A DNA stretch of 64,000 nucleotides from Longimicrobiales bacterium (GCA_963667485.2 CAXXDD010000001.1:913773-977772), one strand, 5' to 3'; numbered from the stretch's first letter, positions 36,280-46,870 are shown. The notes: generated by a model not told the origin, from the sequence alone. A program made the numbers and translations.

Positions 36280-36387
36280 TGGCACATCCCTCCTGAAGCG
36301 AATGTCGCTATTGTGCCGCCCCGGCGACCCCACGGCAAGTCGAGTGACCGCGCGGGGCACCGGTTCATCCCGGCGCCCCGCGGACCG

Positions 36388-37848
36388 CTAGCTGCCCGAT
36401 CCCATCCTGTCGACCGGAATTCCGCTGGGCACCTCCGACGGCGTCACTGCGGAGAGATCGCGCGCGGATTCGTCCGTGAGCGCCTTGAGGAACTCGAGCA
36501 GGTTGTCGATCGTCTCCTCGTCCAGCCTGATGGGGAGGAGGAGGGTGTCCCGGGTGACAAGGATCTCGTCGTAGTTGTGCAGCATGGTCGGCTGCAGAAG
36601 GGGGTCGACCTGGGTCACATCGTACGCGTGCAGTGTGCTGTCGACGTTGTTGTAGTGCTCGACGAACCTCCGCAGCGTTGTGAACTGACCGACGTGTCCG
36701 TAGGGCGCGGTGAGCTCGACGTTGCGCAGCGGGGGCGTCTTGAAGCGGCGGCGGTCGGACGGATCGCCCGTCACGCGCTCACGCCCGAAGTCGTCGCGCC
36801 CATCGATTCCGTCTCCCTTTCCGGGACCGAACTGGGCCAGCGCATCGTTGTGGAACTCGTTGCCGGGCATGGCATCGAGGATGTCCGTCTGATGACAGTT
36901 GGTGCAGCCCACCGTCATGAAGTCGGACGCGCCCTGCAGTTGGCGGTCGGAGAGGCGGGCGTCGTTGCCCCGCAGGAAAAGATCCCAGGGTGAATCGTCG
37001 AATGAGAACTCCGAGATGATGAACCCCATGATGGCGTTCGAGGCATGCGCGTAGGTCATGTCGTCGAAGTCCGTACCCGGATAGGCGGACTCGAAGAGCT
37101 CGCGGTACTCCGGGATTGCCCCGATACGAAGCATCAGGCCCGACCAGAGTGCGGTGAAGTTGTGATCCTCCCCGAATCCCTCGGCGAGTTCGTTGCTTGT
37201 GCCGAGCATCTCCTCGGCCGCGCTGATGGGGAACATCGCCGGAGCGGATGAGATGCCGAATTCGAAGACATCCTTCATCTCCTCGGTCAGATGCGCCCCG
37301 GCCGGCGTGCTGATCCCACCGTCCGCCAGCGCCTCTATCTCGCCGCCCCACAGGAACTTGCGCACCCGATGCAGGTTGAAGAGGGCCATCGAGTGCCGGA
37401 GCGTGAAGTCGCCGTCCGGGTGCGAGCGCTCCGGCCCTAGACCCAAGGCCCCGGGCCCGATCGGCAACGACTTTCCATCGCCCGTCGACATCGCGGGCAG
37501 GTGACAGGTCATGCACGACACGTCGCGGTTGCCGCTCAGGATCTTGTCGAACGCCAGCGAGCGACCGAGTGTGGCGAGTTCGCCGCGCACGGACGGAGGA
37601 GCGACGACGGGCTGAAGGTCGTTCTCGCGCACCAGCTCGCGCACCGCATCGATCAGTTCGGCCCTTGGATCGACGGGAACGACGGGATCCACGGGCTCGG
37701 AGGGCGCCACGAACGGGTCATCGCCGCACGCCAGCAGCAGAGTCCCCGCGAGCATGCAGGCGGAGCAGAACAGGGTTGTAGCGTGTGGGAGTCTCCGCGG
37801 GGAAGAGGTGGTCCTGCCTGGTGATTTCAGCCGAGTCGAGGATGTCAT
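36388..37848 (-). CDS. Di-haem cytochrome c peroxidase (CCP/MauG family) lipoprotein
   Basis: It has two CxxCH motifs (CMTCH, CTNCH), a lipobox LLLAC and the conserved FKTPPLRNVELTAPYGH. Confidence 0.85.
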   Translation of the reverse strand: MTSSTRLKSPGRTTSSPRRLPHATTLFCSACMLAGTLLLACGDDPFVAPSEPVDPVVPVDPRAELIDAVRELVRENDLQPVVAPPSVRGELATLGRSLAFDKILSGNRDVSCMTCHLPAMSTGDGKSLPIGPGALGLGPERSHPDGDFTLRHSMALFNLHRVRKFLWGGEIEALADGGISTPAGAHLTEEMKDVFEFGISSAPAMFPISAAEEMLGTSNELAEGFGEDHNFTALWSGLMLRIGAIPEYRELFESAYPGTDFDDMTYAHASNAIMGFIISEFSFDDSPWDLFLRGNDARLSDRQLQGASDFMTVGCTNCHQTDILDAMPGNEFHNDALAQFGPGKGDGIDGRDDFGRERVTGDPSDRRRFKTPPLRNVELTAPYGHVGQFTTLRRFVEHYNNVDSTLHAYDVTQVDPLLQPTMLHNYDEILVTRDTLLLPIRLDEETIDNLLEFLKALTDESARDLSAVTPSEVPSGIPVDRMGSGS

Positions 37849-38186
37849 TGGGTCCTTGTTCGAGTGGGGCTCGGGTGCGAGGGTTGATCGCGGCGTTGGC
37901 CCGCACTTCGCCCACAAACCGATTGCAGGCGGAACGGCGCAGAAGGGTGCCAGGAGGAAGGCTCTGCCAGGCGCACGACAGAGAAGGGAGCGAGCGGCAC
38001 CGCGAAGGGAGTACGCTTTAGTGCGTTAGGTCGGTGCCTATGGATTGTGGGGTTTGTTCGATTCCCCGGAAGGGGACGAAGCCCAGCCAAGCATGCGAAC
38101 GCGCTCGGAAGATGGAGATCGAGCCCTGTTTGTCAATGGCAAATGACATTAGCACAGTGTGATAACAAACCTTTTCCGGAGATTCC

Positions 38187-40433
38187 ATGAAGCAGACCGA
38201 CATCCAATCGCGGGTTGTGGCCGGCGTCGCGGTCGCCCTCGCGGCCGTGCTTCCGGCTTCCTGCGGCCCCCCCGCGCCCGATGCCGTTTCCGCAGCCAGC
38301 CCGACCATCAGCCTCGCCGTCCTCGGCCAGGCCCTCATCGAGCACGACCCGCGGCAGTACCTCGACGCGCCGCTCGCGACCGTCGTGCCCATCCTGGGCG
38401 CCGCCGACGCCGTCTTCACCAACCTCGAGGTCGCGATCTCGGGACCCGGCTGCAACTGCCCGCCCACCCGCGACGACATCTTCTTCCACGGCGCCGGGCC
38501 CGAGGTGCTCGACTATCTGTCCGGGATCGGCGTGTCCCTGCTGTCTCTCGCCAACAACCACTCGTGGGACTACGGCGACCAGGGCATCGTGTCGGCGATC
38601 GAGGAGGCGGCCCGGCGCGGGTTCACCTATGCCGGGACCGGACGGACCCTGGCGCACGCGGTGGCGCCGGCGTACCGCGAGGTGGGCGGTCTGCGCGTGG
38701 GACTCGTGGCCGTAGCGACGGTGAACGCGCCGCCCGAGGCCGCGGCGACGGACACCGGGATCGGCGCCAACATGATGGCGCCCGGCGACGCCGCGGCCTG
38801 GGACCTGAACATCGGCGCGATCGAGAAGGCCGCCGAGAGCAGCGACATCCTCATCGCCTACCAGCACTTCCAGACCGATGCGCCGCAGGGCTGGCAGGAG
38901 CGCTGGGCGCACGCCGCCATCGACGCCGGGGCCGACCTCTACATCAGCCACGGCGAGCCGCGACTCGCGGGCGTCGAGGAGTACCGGGGCGGCCTGATCC
39001 TCCATGGCCTGGGCAATTTCATCTTCCACACCCGGACAGACATCGGGAACTACCCGGCGGACGCCTGGGAGAGCGTGGTCGCGACGCTGTCGGTGGGCGA
39101 GGACGGGGTGCGCGAGGCGGCCTTCACCCCGGTTGTGCTCGACGAGGGCGTCGCGGACGAGTTCTTCCTCGAAATGCGGGGATACCCCGAGGTGGCCGAG
39201 GGCGAGGCCGGCGCGGCGATTCTGGAGCGGTTGGCGGCGATGTCAGCGGCCTACGGGACGACCCTGGACGTGCGGGACGGGACCGCGCGCTGGCGGGCGG
39301 AACGCCCCGGCGGCGTCTTGCGGACCGCGGACGACTACATGGCGGCGGTCGAGGCCGTTCAGGACCCGGACTCCGACGGCCTTGCAGCTCACACCATCGA
39401 TAGCATGATGGACGAGTGGGGCGTGCCCGGGGTCAGCGTCGCAGTGATCCGCGACTTCGAGGTTCACTGGGCCAAAGGCTACGGGATCGCCGATGTGGAG
39501 ACGGGGGCGGCGGTGGACACGGAGACGCTCTTCCAGGCGGCATCGATCTCCAAGCCGGTGGCGGCCATGGCGGTGCTGCGGGCCGTGCAGGACGGCGCAT
39601 TCTCGCTGGACGATGACATCAACGGCATCCTCACGAGCTGGCAACTGGACGGCGGCGAGTTCGCCCGCGACCGCCCCGTCACCCCGCGGATGCTGACCAG
39701 CCACACCTCGGGCCTCGGCGACGGCTTCGGCTTCCCCGGCTACGACCCCGACGACCCGCTCCCCACGACGGTGCAGATCCTCGACGGCGACGACCCCTCC
39801 AACGTCGGCGACGTCTTCATGGAGCGCGCGCCCATGACCGCCATGAAGTACTCGGGCGGCGGCGTCACGGTCATGGAGCTGGCCCTCTCCGACGCCCTGG
39901 GCCGACCCTTCCGCGACATCGCCCGCGAGTACGTCCTCGAACCCGTCGGCATGGCGCACAGCACCTTCGAGCAGCCGCTACCGCCCGCCCGCGATGCGAA
40001 CGCGACCCGAGCCCACGACGCTGACGGCCGCGCCCGGGGTCCGAAGTGGCACGTCTACCCCGAGTTGGCCGCGGCGGGGCTCTGGACCACGCCCACCGAC
40101 CTGGCCCGCTTCGCGATCGAGGTGCAGAAGACCGCGCGGGGCGACCCGAACCGGGTGCTGACGCGCTCGTCGGTCCTCGAGATGCTGAGCCCGGTCGGTG
40201 TAGGCCCGTTCGCCGTCGGGTTCGTGATCGAGCAGGAGGGCGAGGGCTGGTACTTCAGCCACACGGGAGGGAACTGGGGTTTCCGGGCGATCCTCAAGGC
40301 CCACCGCGCCAAGGGCTACGGCGTCGCGGTCATGACGAACGCCGATCGGGGCGGTGAATTGATGATGGAGATCGCGGAGCGGGTGGCCGGCGCCTACGGG
40401 TGGGACTCGCTGGACGGGCCGGTGCCGCGGTAG
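38187..40433 (+). CDS. Fusion protein: CapA/PGA_cap metallophosphatase-like N-terminal domain + serine hydrolase (beta-lactamase family) C-terminal domain
   Basis: The N-terminal half has FTNLEVAIS...LLSLANNHSWDYG...LYISHGEP..HGLGNF (CapA pattern). The C-terminal half has FQAASISKPV (SxxK) and beta-lactamase-family blocks. The lipobox is LPASC. Confidence 0.75.
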   Translation: MKQTDIQSRVVAGVAVALAAVLPASCGPPAPDAVSAASPTISLAVLGQALIEHDPRQYLDAPLATVVPILGAADAVFTNLEVAISGPGCNCPPTRDDIFFHGAGPEVLDYLSGIGVSLLSLANNHSWDYGDQGIVSAIEEAARRGFTYAGTGRTLAHAVAPAYREVGGLRVGLVAVATVNAPPEAAATDTGIGANMMAPGDAAAWDLNIGAIEKAAESSDILIAYQHFQTDAPQGWQERWAHAAIDAGADLYISHGEPRLAGVEEYRGGLILHGLGNFIFHTRTDIGNYPADAWESVVATLSVGEDGVREAAFTPVVLDEGVADEFFLEMRGYPEVAEGEAGAAILERLAAMSAAYGTTLDVRDGTARWRAERPGGVLRTADDYMAAVEAVQDPDSDGLAAHTIDSMMDEWGVPGVSVAVIRDFEVHWAKGYGIADVETGAAVDTETLFQAASISKPVAAMAVLRAVQDGAFSLDDDINGILTSWQLDGGEFARDRPVTPRMLTSHTSGLGDGFGFPGYDPDDPLPTTVQILDGDDPSNVGDVFMERAPMTAMKYSGGGVTVMELALSDALGRPFRDIAREYVLEPVGMAHSTFEQPLPPARDANATRAHDADGRARGPKWHVYPELAAAGLWTTPTDLARFAIEVQKTARGDPNRVLTRSSVLEMLSPVGVGPFAVGFVIEQEGEGWYFSHTGGNWGFRAILKAHRAKGYGVAVMTNADRGGELMMEIAERVAGAYGWDSLDGPVPR

Positions 40434-40497
40434 GGGTCCAAAAGCGTCCGCATGACTGTCGAAACCGCTGCTCGCGATCCGCGGCCGGACCCTGCCT

Positions 40498-41307
40498 TCA
40501 TTCGCGACTCCCCCAATGCCGATCCCACCTGAAGTCCCTGGTGAAAAGGTATACCGCGCCACCAGCCCCCCGTCCCGCACCTCCCATGCCTACCGTGACG
40601 ACTGAGACAACAGACTCCATGTCGAAGGTATCAATGTGTTCGTTAGGGACCCACCTTCCGTCCACGTACAACTGGCCGCACTGGTCAAACAGGCTGAGCA
40701 CGCACACGCGCCGCCCGTGCGACACTGCGATGTACAGCCATCGCAATAGCTCCGTGTTGTCGTCGCTCTTGCCCTTCGCCTCTTCCAAGCGTGCGCCCTG
40801 GATCAATCGGTAGCCGCGAATCGAATTCGGATGCCTCCCAAATTGCCGCCTGAGCCAGTCGACACGCTTTTCGTTTTCCACCGTCACCTCGACACCTTCG
40901 AGAAGGAAGGGCTCGGGCTCGACCTCAAAATCAATGTCGTAACGCTTGCCGCCTGTAAGCATGACGAGGGGAGAGCTCATGTCCGTGTAGCCGATTCGCC
41001 GTATTACGACGTAATATCCGCCAGCCACAGGAGCCGTCAGGACAAAACGGCCGAAGCTGTTCGATGTTGTCGCGGCGACCCGGACATTGGCGCTGTCAAG
41101 GAGCTCGATCTCCGCCAGCGCAACGGGATTACCGTTTGCTGCGTCCAGTGCCCTCCCTGAGATCTCCTGCGCTGCGAGGCTGTCGGCTGGTGCGACTCCA
41201 GTGGCAGCCAAGGCGGTCCAGGCCGCCAGCCGACGGCAGCTGAGTTCAGGGGACAAAAGCTTTCCACCGAACAAACGCATCAATAGCCAGCCACGCGGCT
41301 TCACCAT
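40498..41307 (-). CDS. Carboxypeptidase-regulatory-like (CarboxypepD_reg) domain protein
   Basis: ISGRALDAANGNPVALAEIELLDSANVRVAATTSNSFGRFVLTAPVAGGYYVVIRRIGY is the typical CarboxypepD_reg beta-sandwich. The start is 41307 or 41280. Confidence 0.6.
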   Translation of the reverse strand: MVKPRGWLLMRLFGGKLLSPELSCRRLAAWTALAATGVAPADSLAAQEISGRALDAANGNPVALAEIELLDSANVRVAATTSNSFGRFVLTAPVAGGYYVVIRRIGYTDMSSPLVMLTGGKRYDIDFEVEPEPFLLEGVEVTVENEKRVDWLRRQFGRHPNSIRGYRLIQGARLEEAKGKSDDNTELLRWLYIAVSHGRRVCVLSLFDQCGQLYVDGRWVPNEHIDTFDMESVVSVVTVGMGGAGRGAGGAVYLFTRDFRWDRHWGSRE

Positions 41308-41789
41308 GCGCCAGCGGGAGATCGACCGCCCACGGCCAATCGTAGCGAGAGCCCGCCCGGAATGACTACCGGCTCCCAGATGTCGCTCTTGACCGCCGAG
41401 CCTATCAGCGCTCCGACCACACCCCCCACCACCCCATACACGGCACCGACTCCCAGGGCCGCTCCTACGACCTCGTGTAGTTTGCAGGCGCAGAAGAGTA
41501 CGCCCGTCGCGACCCCGACAGTTCCTCCGACAATGGACCCGTACTTGAACCCCCGCCACGGGCGACGCTTGGTACCGGCCCATAGTTCGAGACTCTGCAT
41601 CTCGGCGTAGGGTGCATACCCGAAAGACAGGAGCAGCCCGGCGCTGTCGGCTTCGACGACCACGCCGACCCGTTCGCTCGATACCCTGACCGTGTCGCCC
41701 GGTTGCTGAGCAGAAACGGAAGTCGCAGTTAGGAATAGGACTAACCCGGCTGGCCAGCACCACGGCTTCACGTTCCGCCTGCCGACCAC
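41301..41789 (-). CDS. Hypothetical secreted/membrane protein with a glycine-zipper segment
   Basis: It has a signal-like N-terminus and GGTVGVATGVLF...GAALGVGAVYGVVGGVVGALIG. No family is recognised. Confidence 0.4.
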   Translation of the reverse strand: MVGRRNVKPWCWPAGLVLFLTATSVSAQQPGDTVRVSSERVGVVVEADSAGLLLSFGYAPYAEMQSLELWAGTKRRPWRGFKYGSIVGGTVGVATGVLFCACKLHEVVGAALGVGAVYGVVGGVVGALIGSAVKSDIWEPVVIPGGLSLRLAVGGRSPAGAW

Positions 41790-41966
41790 AGGACAAGCGG
41801 GGGATCCCCCGACATCCTGGGATTCCTTGTCCTCATGATTCCAATCGTGTGTCGCAGACAGACGTTTTCCCCACGGGGGGCTCAGAACGAGACGTATCCG
41901 CCCCTTCGCCGCGATCGATCCTCTTAGAGTAAGTGATACGCCATATCGACGGCCATTGCCATGACG

Positions 41967-43145
41967 TCATCGCGACACCCCACACCACTCCCGCGCCGCC
42001 GCCACGACCCTCCCGACATCCTCCTCGTCGTTGTACACCCCCACGGAAAAGCGCAGCGTCCCGCTCCGGATCGCCAGCTGGATCCCCGCCGCGCGGAGGT
42101 GATCGTGCAGCGAATTCATCGCCGGATCGTCGGCCGCGTAGTGCCTGCCGCCGCCGCTCTTCCCGACGCAGACGATGTGCGCCAGGTGCGGTCCGGGCCG
42201 TCCGCCGACCACCGGTAGCCCCAAATCGAGCAGTTTGTCGGCCAAAAATGCCGCTAAGTGGCCGACAAACGCCTCAATGCGGCCGATTTGCCACTTTTCG
42301 AGCAGCTCCAGCGCCGCTTCAGCCGCCGCCGCGCCCAGGTAGTTGTAGTTGCCGACATCGAACCGCAGCGCGCCCGGCTGGTACCGCAGCTCCCCCTCGG
42401 TATAGGCGGTCTCGTGCGCGTCCAGGTCGACGCCGAAGCGCGCCAGGTGAATCGGCACCAGCGTCTCCGCGACCTCGCGCCGCACGTACAGGAAGCCGAA
42501 GCCGTACTCCGCCAGCAGGCACTTCTGCGTGGCGACCGCAAGCGCGTCGATCCCGAGTTCGCGCACGTCGGTCCGCAGCGCCCCGACCGACTGCGCCGCG
42601 TCGACAAGCGTCAGCGCGCCCACCCGCCGGGCCGCCGCCACGATCCCCTTCACGTCGGTCACGAACCCCGGCGCAAACGAGATGCTGGGGATCGTCACCA
42701 GCCGCGTCCGCTCGTCCATCGCGGCGCCCATCGCCGCCACGGGCATATGGCCGTCCTCGGACGTCACCGGCCGCACCTCGATCCCGTGCAGGCGCGCCAG
42801 GTTGTGCCACAGGTAGATGTTGTTGGGGTGCTCCAGAGCGGGACACAGCACCACGTTGTCACCCGCCTTCCACGGCAGGCTCGCGCCGAAGAGGTTCAGC
42901 CCCTCGGAGACGTTCTTCGTAATCGCCACCTCATCGCTCCGCGCCCCGATCAGCCCCGCGAACGCCGACCGGGTCCGCTCCACGACGGCGCGCATGGCGT
43001 CCTTGTCACCCCCGCGCAGCATCCGCATCCGCAGGTGATCGTCGACCGCCGCCCGCACCGGCTCCGCGATCAGCGCGCGCGCCGAGATGTCGAAGTAGGC
43101 CTGCTCGCTCGCGCCCGGAAACAGCGCTCGGATCTCAGGATTCAC
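41967..43145 (-). CDS. Class V (cysteine desulfurase-like) PLP-dependent aminotransferase
   Basis: It has the length and blocks typical of fold-type I class V enzymes (ITKNVSEGLN, DAAQSVG, ATQKCLL with the PLP lysine). Confidence 0.75.
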   Translation of the reverse strand: MNPEIRALFPGASEQAYFDISARALIAEPVRAAVDDHLRMRMLRGGDKDAMRAVVERTRSAFAGLIGARSDEVAITKNVSEGLNLFGASLPWKAGDNVVLCPALEHPNNIYLWHNLARLHGIEVRPVTSEDGHMPVAAMGAAMDERTRLVTIPSISFAPGFVTDVKGIVAAARRVGALTLVDAAQSVGALRTDVRELGIDALAVATQKCLLAEYGFGFLYVRREVAETLVPIHLARFGVDLDAHETAYTEGELRYQPGALRFDVGNYNYLGAAAAEAALELLEKWQIGRIEAFVGHLAAFLADKLLDLGLPVVGGRPGPHLAHIVCVGKSGGGRHYAADDPAMNSLHDHLRAAGIQLAIRSGTLRFSVGVYNDEEDVGRVVAAAREWCGVSR

Positions 43146-44356
43146 TCTCGCCTCGCCTCGGAACGGGCCACCAGCGATGTCCCCACCATGTCACCCATAA
43201 TATTAACAGTCGTGTTTCCGATATCGACCAGCCGGTAGATCCCGCCCACGATCGCCGCGACCTCGATCGGCAGATTGAACGCCTGCACATAGATCAGCGC
43301 GATCACCAGGCCGCCGCCGGGAATCCCCCCGGACGCCTCCGACAGCAGCAGCCCCAGCAGCAGAATCGTCACGAAATCGGCCGGCGTGAAGGTGACCCCG
43401 GCCGCCTGCGCGGTGAAGATCAGGACCGCGCCCAGCATGGCCGACGTCCCGTCCTTGTTGAGTTGGGCCCCAAGGGGGAGGGTGAACGAGTACACGCTGC
43501 GGGGCAGACCAATCCTCCGCGCCGTCTCCATTCCGACAGAAAGGGAGGCGAGGCTCGATGTCGTGGCTGCGGTCGTGGCCCACAGGGAACCCGTGTCGCG
43601 CAGGAAGCGGCCCGGGCGGAAATGGCTGAACAGCCGCAGCAGCACCATGTACCCGGCGAAAATCACCAACTGCGCCGCCCACAGACCGCCCAGAAAGCGC
43701 GCCATCGGCCCGAGAAGCTCGGCGCCGTAGCGCCCCACCGTCACCGCGATCAGCGCGCCGATCCCCACCGGCGCCGTCCAGATGATCATGTGCACGAGGC
43801 GCCGGAACAGGTTCGCGAGGTCCTCGTAGGCCGTGGCGAGGCGTTCCCGCGCGCCGCCCCGCAGCGCCATCGTCGCCACTCCGAGAAGCAGCGCGAGGAC
43901 CACCAGCTGCACCACGTTCCCGTCGCTGAACGCCCTGAAGACGTTCGTCGGGATCATCCCGAGCAGGATTTCCGCCACGCCCGGCACCTCGCCCACCGGC
44001 CCCGCGACCTGCTCGGTGAGCTGCATCCCCGCGCCGGGCTGCAGAAGCGCGGCGGCCCCGATCCCCAGCGACAGCGCGATCACGTCCGTCGTCAGGTAGT
44101 AGCCCACCGTCTTGCCGGCGAGCCTTCCCAGCGTGCGCACATCCGCCAGCGCGGTGAGGCCCGCGAGCAGGTTGAAGAACACCAGCGGCACGGCCGCCAG
44201 GATCAGCAGGTTGATGAAGAGGTCGCCGACCGGCTGCAGCACGGTGACGCGCTCGCCCATGACGGCGCCCACCACCACCCCGACGAGCATCCCGATGAGG
44301 ATGCGGGTGCCGGGGCCGGTGCGGCGGTTCGGGCCGCCGGGCTCGGCTTCGGTCAT
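43142..44356 (-). CDS. Dicarboxylate/amino acid:cation symporter (DAACS/GltP family)
   Basis: Multiple TM segments and conserved SSLASLSV / GAQLNKDGTSAM / IDIGNTTVNIMGD motifs. ATGA overlaps occur at both ends. Confidence 0.85.
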   Translation of the reverse strand: MTEAEPGGPNRRTGPGTRILIGMLVGVVVGAVMGERVTVLQPVGDLFINLLILAAVPLVFFNLLAGLTALADVRTLGRLAGKTVGYYLTTDVIALSLGIGAAALLQPGAGMQLTEQVAGPVGEVPGVAEILLGMIPTNVFRAFSDGNVVQLVVLALLLGVATMALRGGARERLATAYEDLANLFRRLVHMIIWTAPVGIGALIAVTVGRYGAELLGPMARFLGGLWAAQLVIFAGYMVLLRLFSHFRPGRFLRDTGSLWATTAATTSSLASLSVGMETARRIGLPRSVYSFTLPLGAQLNKDGTSAMLGAVLIFTAQAAGVTFTPADFVTILLLGLLLSEASGGIPGGGLVIALIYVQAFNLPIEVAAIVGGIYRLVDIGNTTVNIMGDMVGTSLVARSEARRE

Positions 44357-45996
44357 CGGTCCCCGCCCACCTCCATCAACTCCAGCACCCGCGCCAACAT
44401 TTCCTCGTAGTACGTCGTCACGTTCCCGGGCGTGAGCGGCATCCACTCGTCGACATCGACCGGGTTGCCTTCGGCGATCTCGCCGTTCGGGCGGATCGTG
44501 TGGCCGATGTTCCACATGAACCCGACGACGGGCTGGTCGGTCCCGGGGAAAGTCAGCACCTCGTCCCATTCCCATGTGTTGGAATAGCCGCCGGGCGGCA
44601 TGCCCACGACGGGGCCGAGTCCGTTGTCGACCACGATCGAGACGAACTGGTCGAGGTGAGAGCCGCCGTGGGGCCCCGAAATGATGCCAAAGGGGCCACG
44701 GAAATGCACGGCCGCCGGCTCCAGAACGCCGTCCGAGTCACGCGGAGCGTGCGCAAGCTTGAAGGGGACGTTGTTGCTGTACGCGTCGCCCCGCTCGAGC
44801 GCGCCGAGGACGTCGTCCTCCAGCCACTCCATCAGCCAGGTGCCGTCGTCGATCGTCTCCGGCACACCGCCATCGTTGATGTCGCGGGCGGCGAAATCGC
44901 GGCGCTTGTCCTCGATGAATGGGAGCGTGACGTCGCTGATGCGCAGGTTGCCGAAGGTGGTCCTGAAGGGGCGGGGCTGCAGCCGCTGCATGGCGTAGGC
45001 GCCGAGAGAGCCGCCGCGGCTGCGGGTGACGTCCATGACGAGGGCGTGGTCGAGGAGGCCGCGCTCCGACGCGAAGGCGATGAGGCGGTCGACGTCGGCG
45101 ACCATGGACTCGCGGAAACCGCGCCAGATGAGGACGAGGAAGGGGCGGCCGTCGTCGGGGGTGAGGAGGTCGAAGGTGGGCGTGTGGAGTGCGAGGGACA
45201 GGCCGGGGTAGTTGGGCTCGCCGATGCCGTTCCACTCGATGTCGACGGGCGGGAAGAAGGGGAGGTGGTAGGTGACCTCGAGGCTATCGCCGGCGGCGAT
45301 CAGGAGGGTGAGCGAATCGGCGCGGAGGTGAGGAGGGAAGGATGCGGTCGAAAGGGTCATTGCCTCGGCCAGCTTCCACCGCAGCTGGGCCTGCGTGGAG
45401 TGCCGGATGAACGCGGCGGCCGAGTCGTGCCACGCCTCGACGGGGATTCCGTTGACACTCACCACCCGACTACCGCTGAGCTCCACGGCCCAGTCGTCGT
45501 CCGTGGGATGGTATGCCTGCCAAGCCACATCGCCGAGAAAATAGTCGGTCGGCCCGGCGCCGTCCGAATAGTCCGGGAATACTCGAACCGGCGCGGCCTC
45601 GGGCGCCGCGGGATCCGGCCCGCCCGCAACATCCAGCCCCGAGCTGTCCGGAAGGGTCAGGCCGCCCGGCACGAGGAAGAGGTCGAGGTGGCGATCACGG
45701 CGAGCATGGCTCAGGCGCGCGAGCGCATAGTAGAGCGCTTCCTCGGTCTCGGCGGCGACCACATCGTCGCGCAGCGCCTTCATCGCGGCGATCGGGTCGA
45801 ACCCGAGGCGCTCGTTCTTGACGGGCGAAAAGGCCTCCCGCCGCTCGGTGCGCGCGACGATCGTGTCGAAGAGGGCAGCGCGCAGGGCGGGGGTGCCGGT
45901 GGGTCCGGGGGGTGTCTCGGTGGCGTTACATGCGGCGATCCCGACTGCGACCAGCGCAATCGCGCCGGTGCGAAACTGCTTTTGACGTTGTCTCAT
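44353..45996 (-). CDS. S41-like peptidase lipoprotein (tentative)
   Basis: The lipobox is VGIAAC. VMDVTRSRGGSLGAY resembles the S41 DxRxNxGG block. The assignment is tentative. Confidence 0.5.
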   Translation of the reverse strand: MRQRQKQFRTGAIALVAVGIAACNATETPPGPTGTPALRAALFDTIVARTERREAFSPVKNERLGFDPIAAMKALRDDVVAAETEEALYYALARLSHARRDRHLDLFLVPGGLTLPDSSGLDVAGGPDPAAPEAAPVRVFPDYSDGAGPTDYFLGDVAWQAYHPTDDDWAVELSGSRVVSVNGIPVEAWHDSAAAFIRHSTQAQLRWKLAEAMTLSTASFPPHLRADSLTLLIAAGDSLEVTYHLPFFPPVDIEWNGIGEPNYPGLSLALHTPTFDLLTPDDGRPFLVLIWRGFRESMVADVDRLIAFASERGLLDHALVMDVTRSRGGSLGAYAMQRLQPRPFRTTFGNLRISDVTLPFIEDKRRDFAARDINDGGVPETIDDGTWLMEWLEDDVLGALERGDAYSNNVPFKLAHAPRDSDGVLEPAAVHFRGPFGIISGPHGGSHLDQFVSIVVDNGLGPVVGMPPGGYSNTWEWDEVLTFPGTDQPVVGFMWNIGHTIRPNGEIAEGNPVDVDEWMPLTPGNVTTYYEEMLARVLELMEVGGDR

Positions 45997-46081
45997 CCCG
46001 ACAACTTGCGCCCTGGACGGGCTGCTGGCCAACTTCGTTCAGCATGCCCTGGACCGGGCACCCTGAAATCGAGGAGACGAG

Positions 46082-46813
46082 ATGACTCGGACTGTCCGAC
46101 TCGCCGCAGTTGCGAGCGCAATGTTCCTTGCGGCCGACGCCACCGCACAGTCGATCGAAGACGCCAATGCCGCCTACGCAGACGGACGTTTCGTCGAAGC
46201 GGCCGATATCGGCGAAGCGCTGGGCACCTCCGAGGGCTACGCCCTGGCGGCGAAGTCACTCGCGATTTACGCGCACTATGAGGCCTCCGAGGAGGAGTTC
46301 CGCGAGGTTGTCGATCGTGCGATGCGAATGGGCGAGGAGGCCATAAGCGCCGATCCGGCCAACCCCGAAGCGCACTACCAATCCGCCCACGCCGTCGGCC
46401 GGTACGCTCAGCGCGTCGGTGCCTTCACGGCGCTGCGCGAAGGACTTGCGGGCAAGATTCGCGATCTGCTCGAAGCGGCCCTCGCCATCGAACCCGACAA
46501 TGTCGACGCCATGCTGGCTCTGGGCGGATGGCACGCCGACCTCGACGCGGAGGGTTTCATCGCGCGCCGCATGTACGGTGGCAGCAAGGAGGAAGCCGTG
46601 ATCCTCTTCGACCGCGCCCTGGAACTGGCTCCGGAGTACAAGGTCGTGCTGCACGCCTACGCCATCAGGCTGCCCAGGCTCGACGAAGACAACGGTATGG
46701 AACGGGCCAGGGAAATGCTCGAAAGGGCGCTTGGGCTACCGGTGAGGGATGCCTTTGAGGAGTACGTTCATCTGGACGTGTTGGACGCCCTCGACGACCT
46801 GGGGACCGGATAG
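46082..46813 (+). CDS. Secreted helical-repeat (TPR-like) protein, function unknown
   Basis: It has a signal peptide MTRTVRLAAVASAMFLAADATAQS and an alpha-helical repeat composition. Confidence 0.5.
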   Translation: MTRTVRLAAVASAMFLAADATAQSIEDANAAYADGRFVEAADIGEALGTSEGYALAAKSLAIYAHYEASEEEFREVVDRAMRMGEEAISADPANPEAHYQSAHAVGRYAQRVGAFTALREGLAGKIRDLLEAALAIEPDNVDAMLALGGWHADLDAEGFIARRMYGGSKEEAVILFDRALELAPEYKVVLHAYAIRLPRLDEDNGMERAREMLERALGLPVRDAFEEYVHLDVLDALDDLGTG

Positions 46814-46870
46814 CGCCAAGCTGCCCGCGCCGCGGCCGTCGAAGCGCACCGCGGAGCCGGACTGCCCGCC

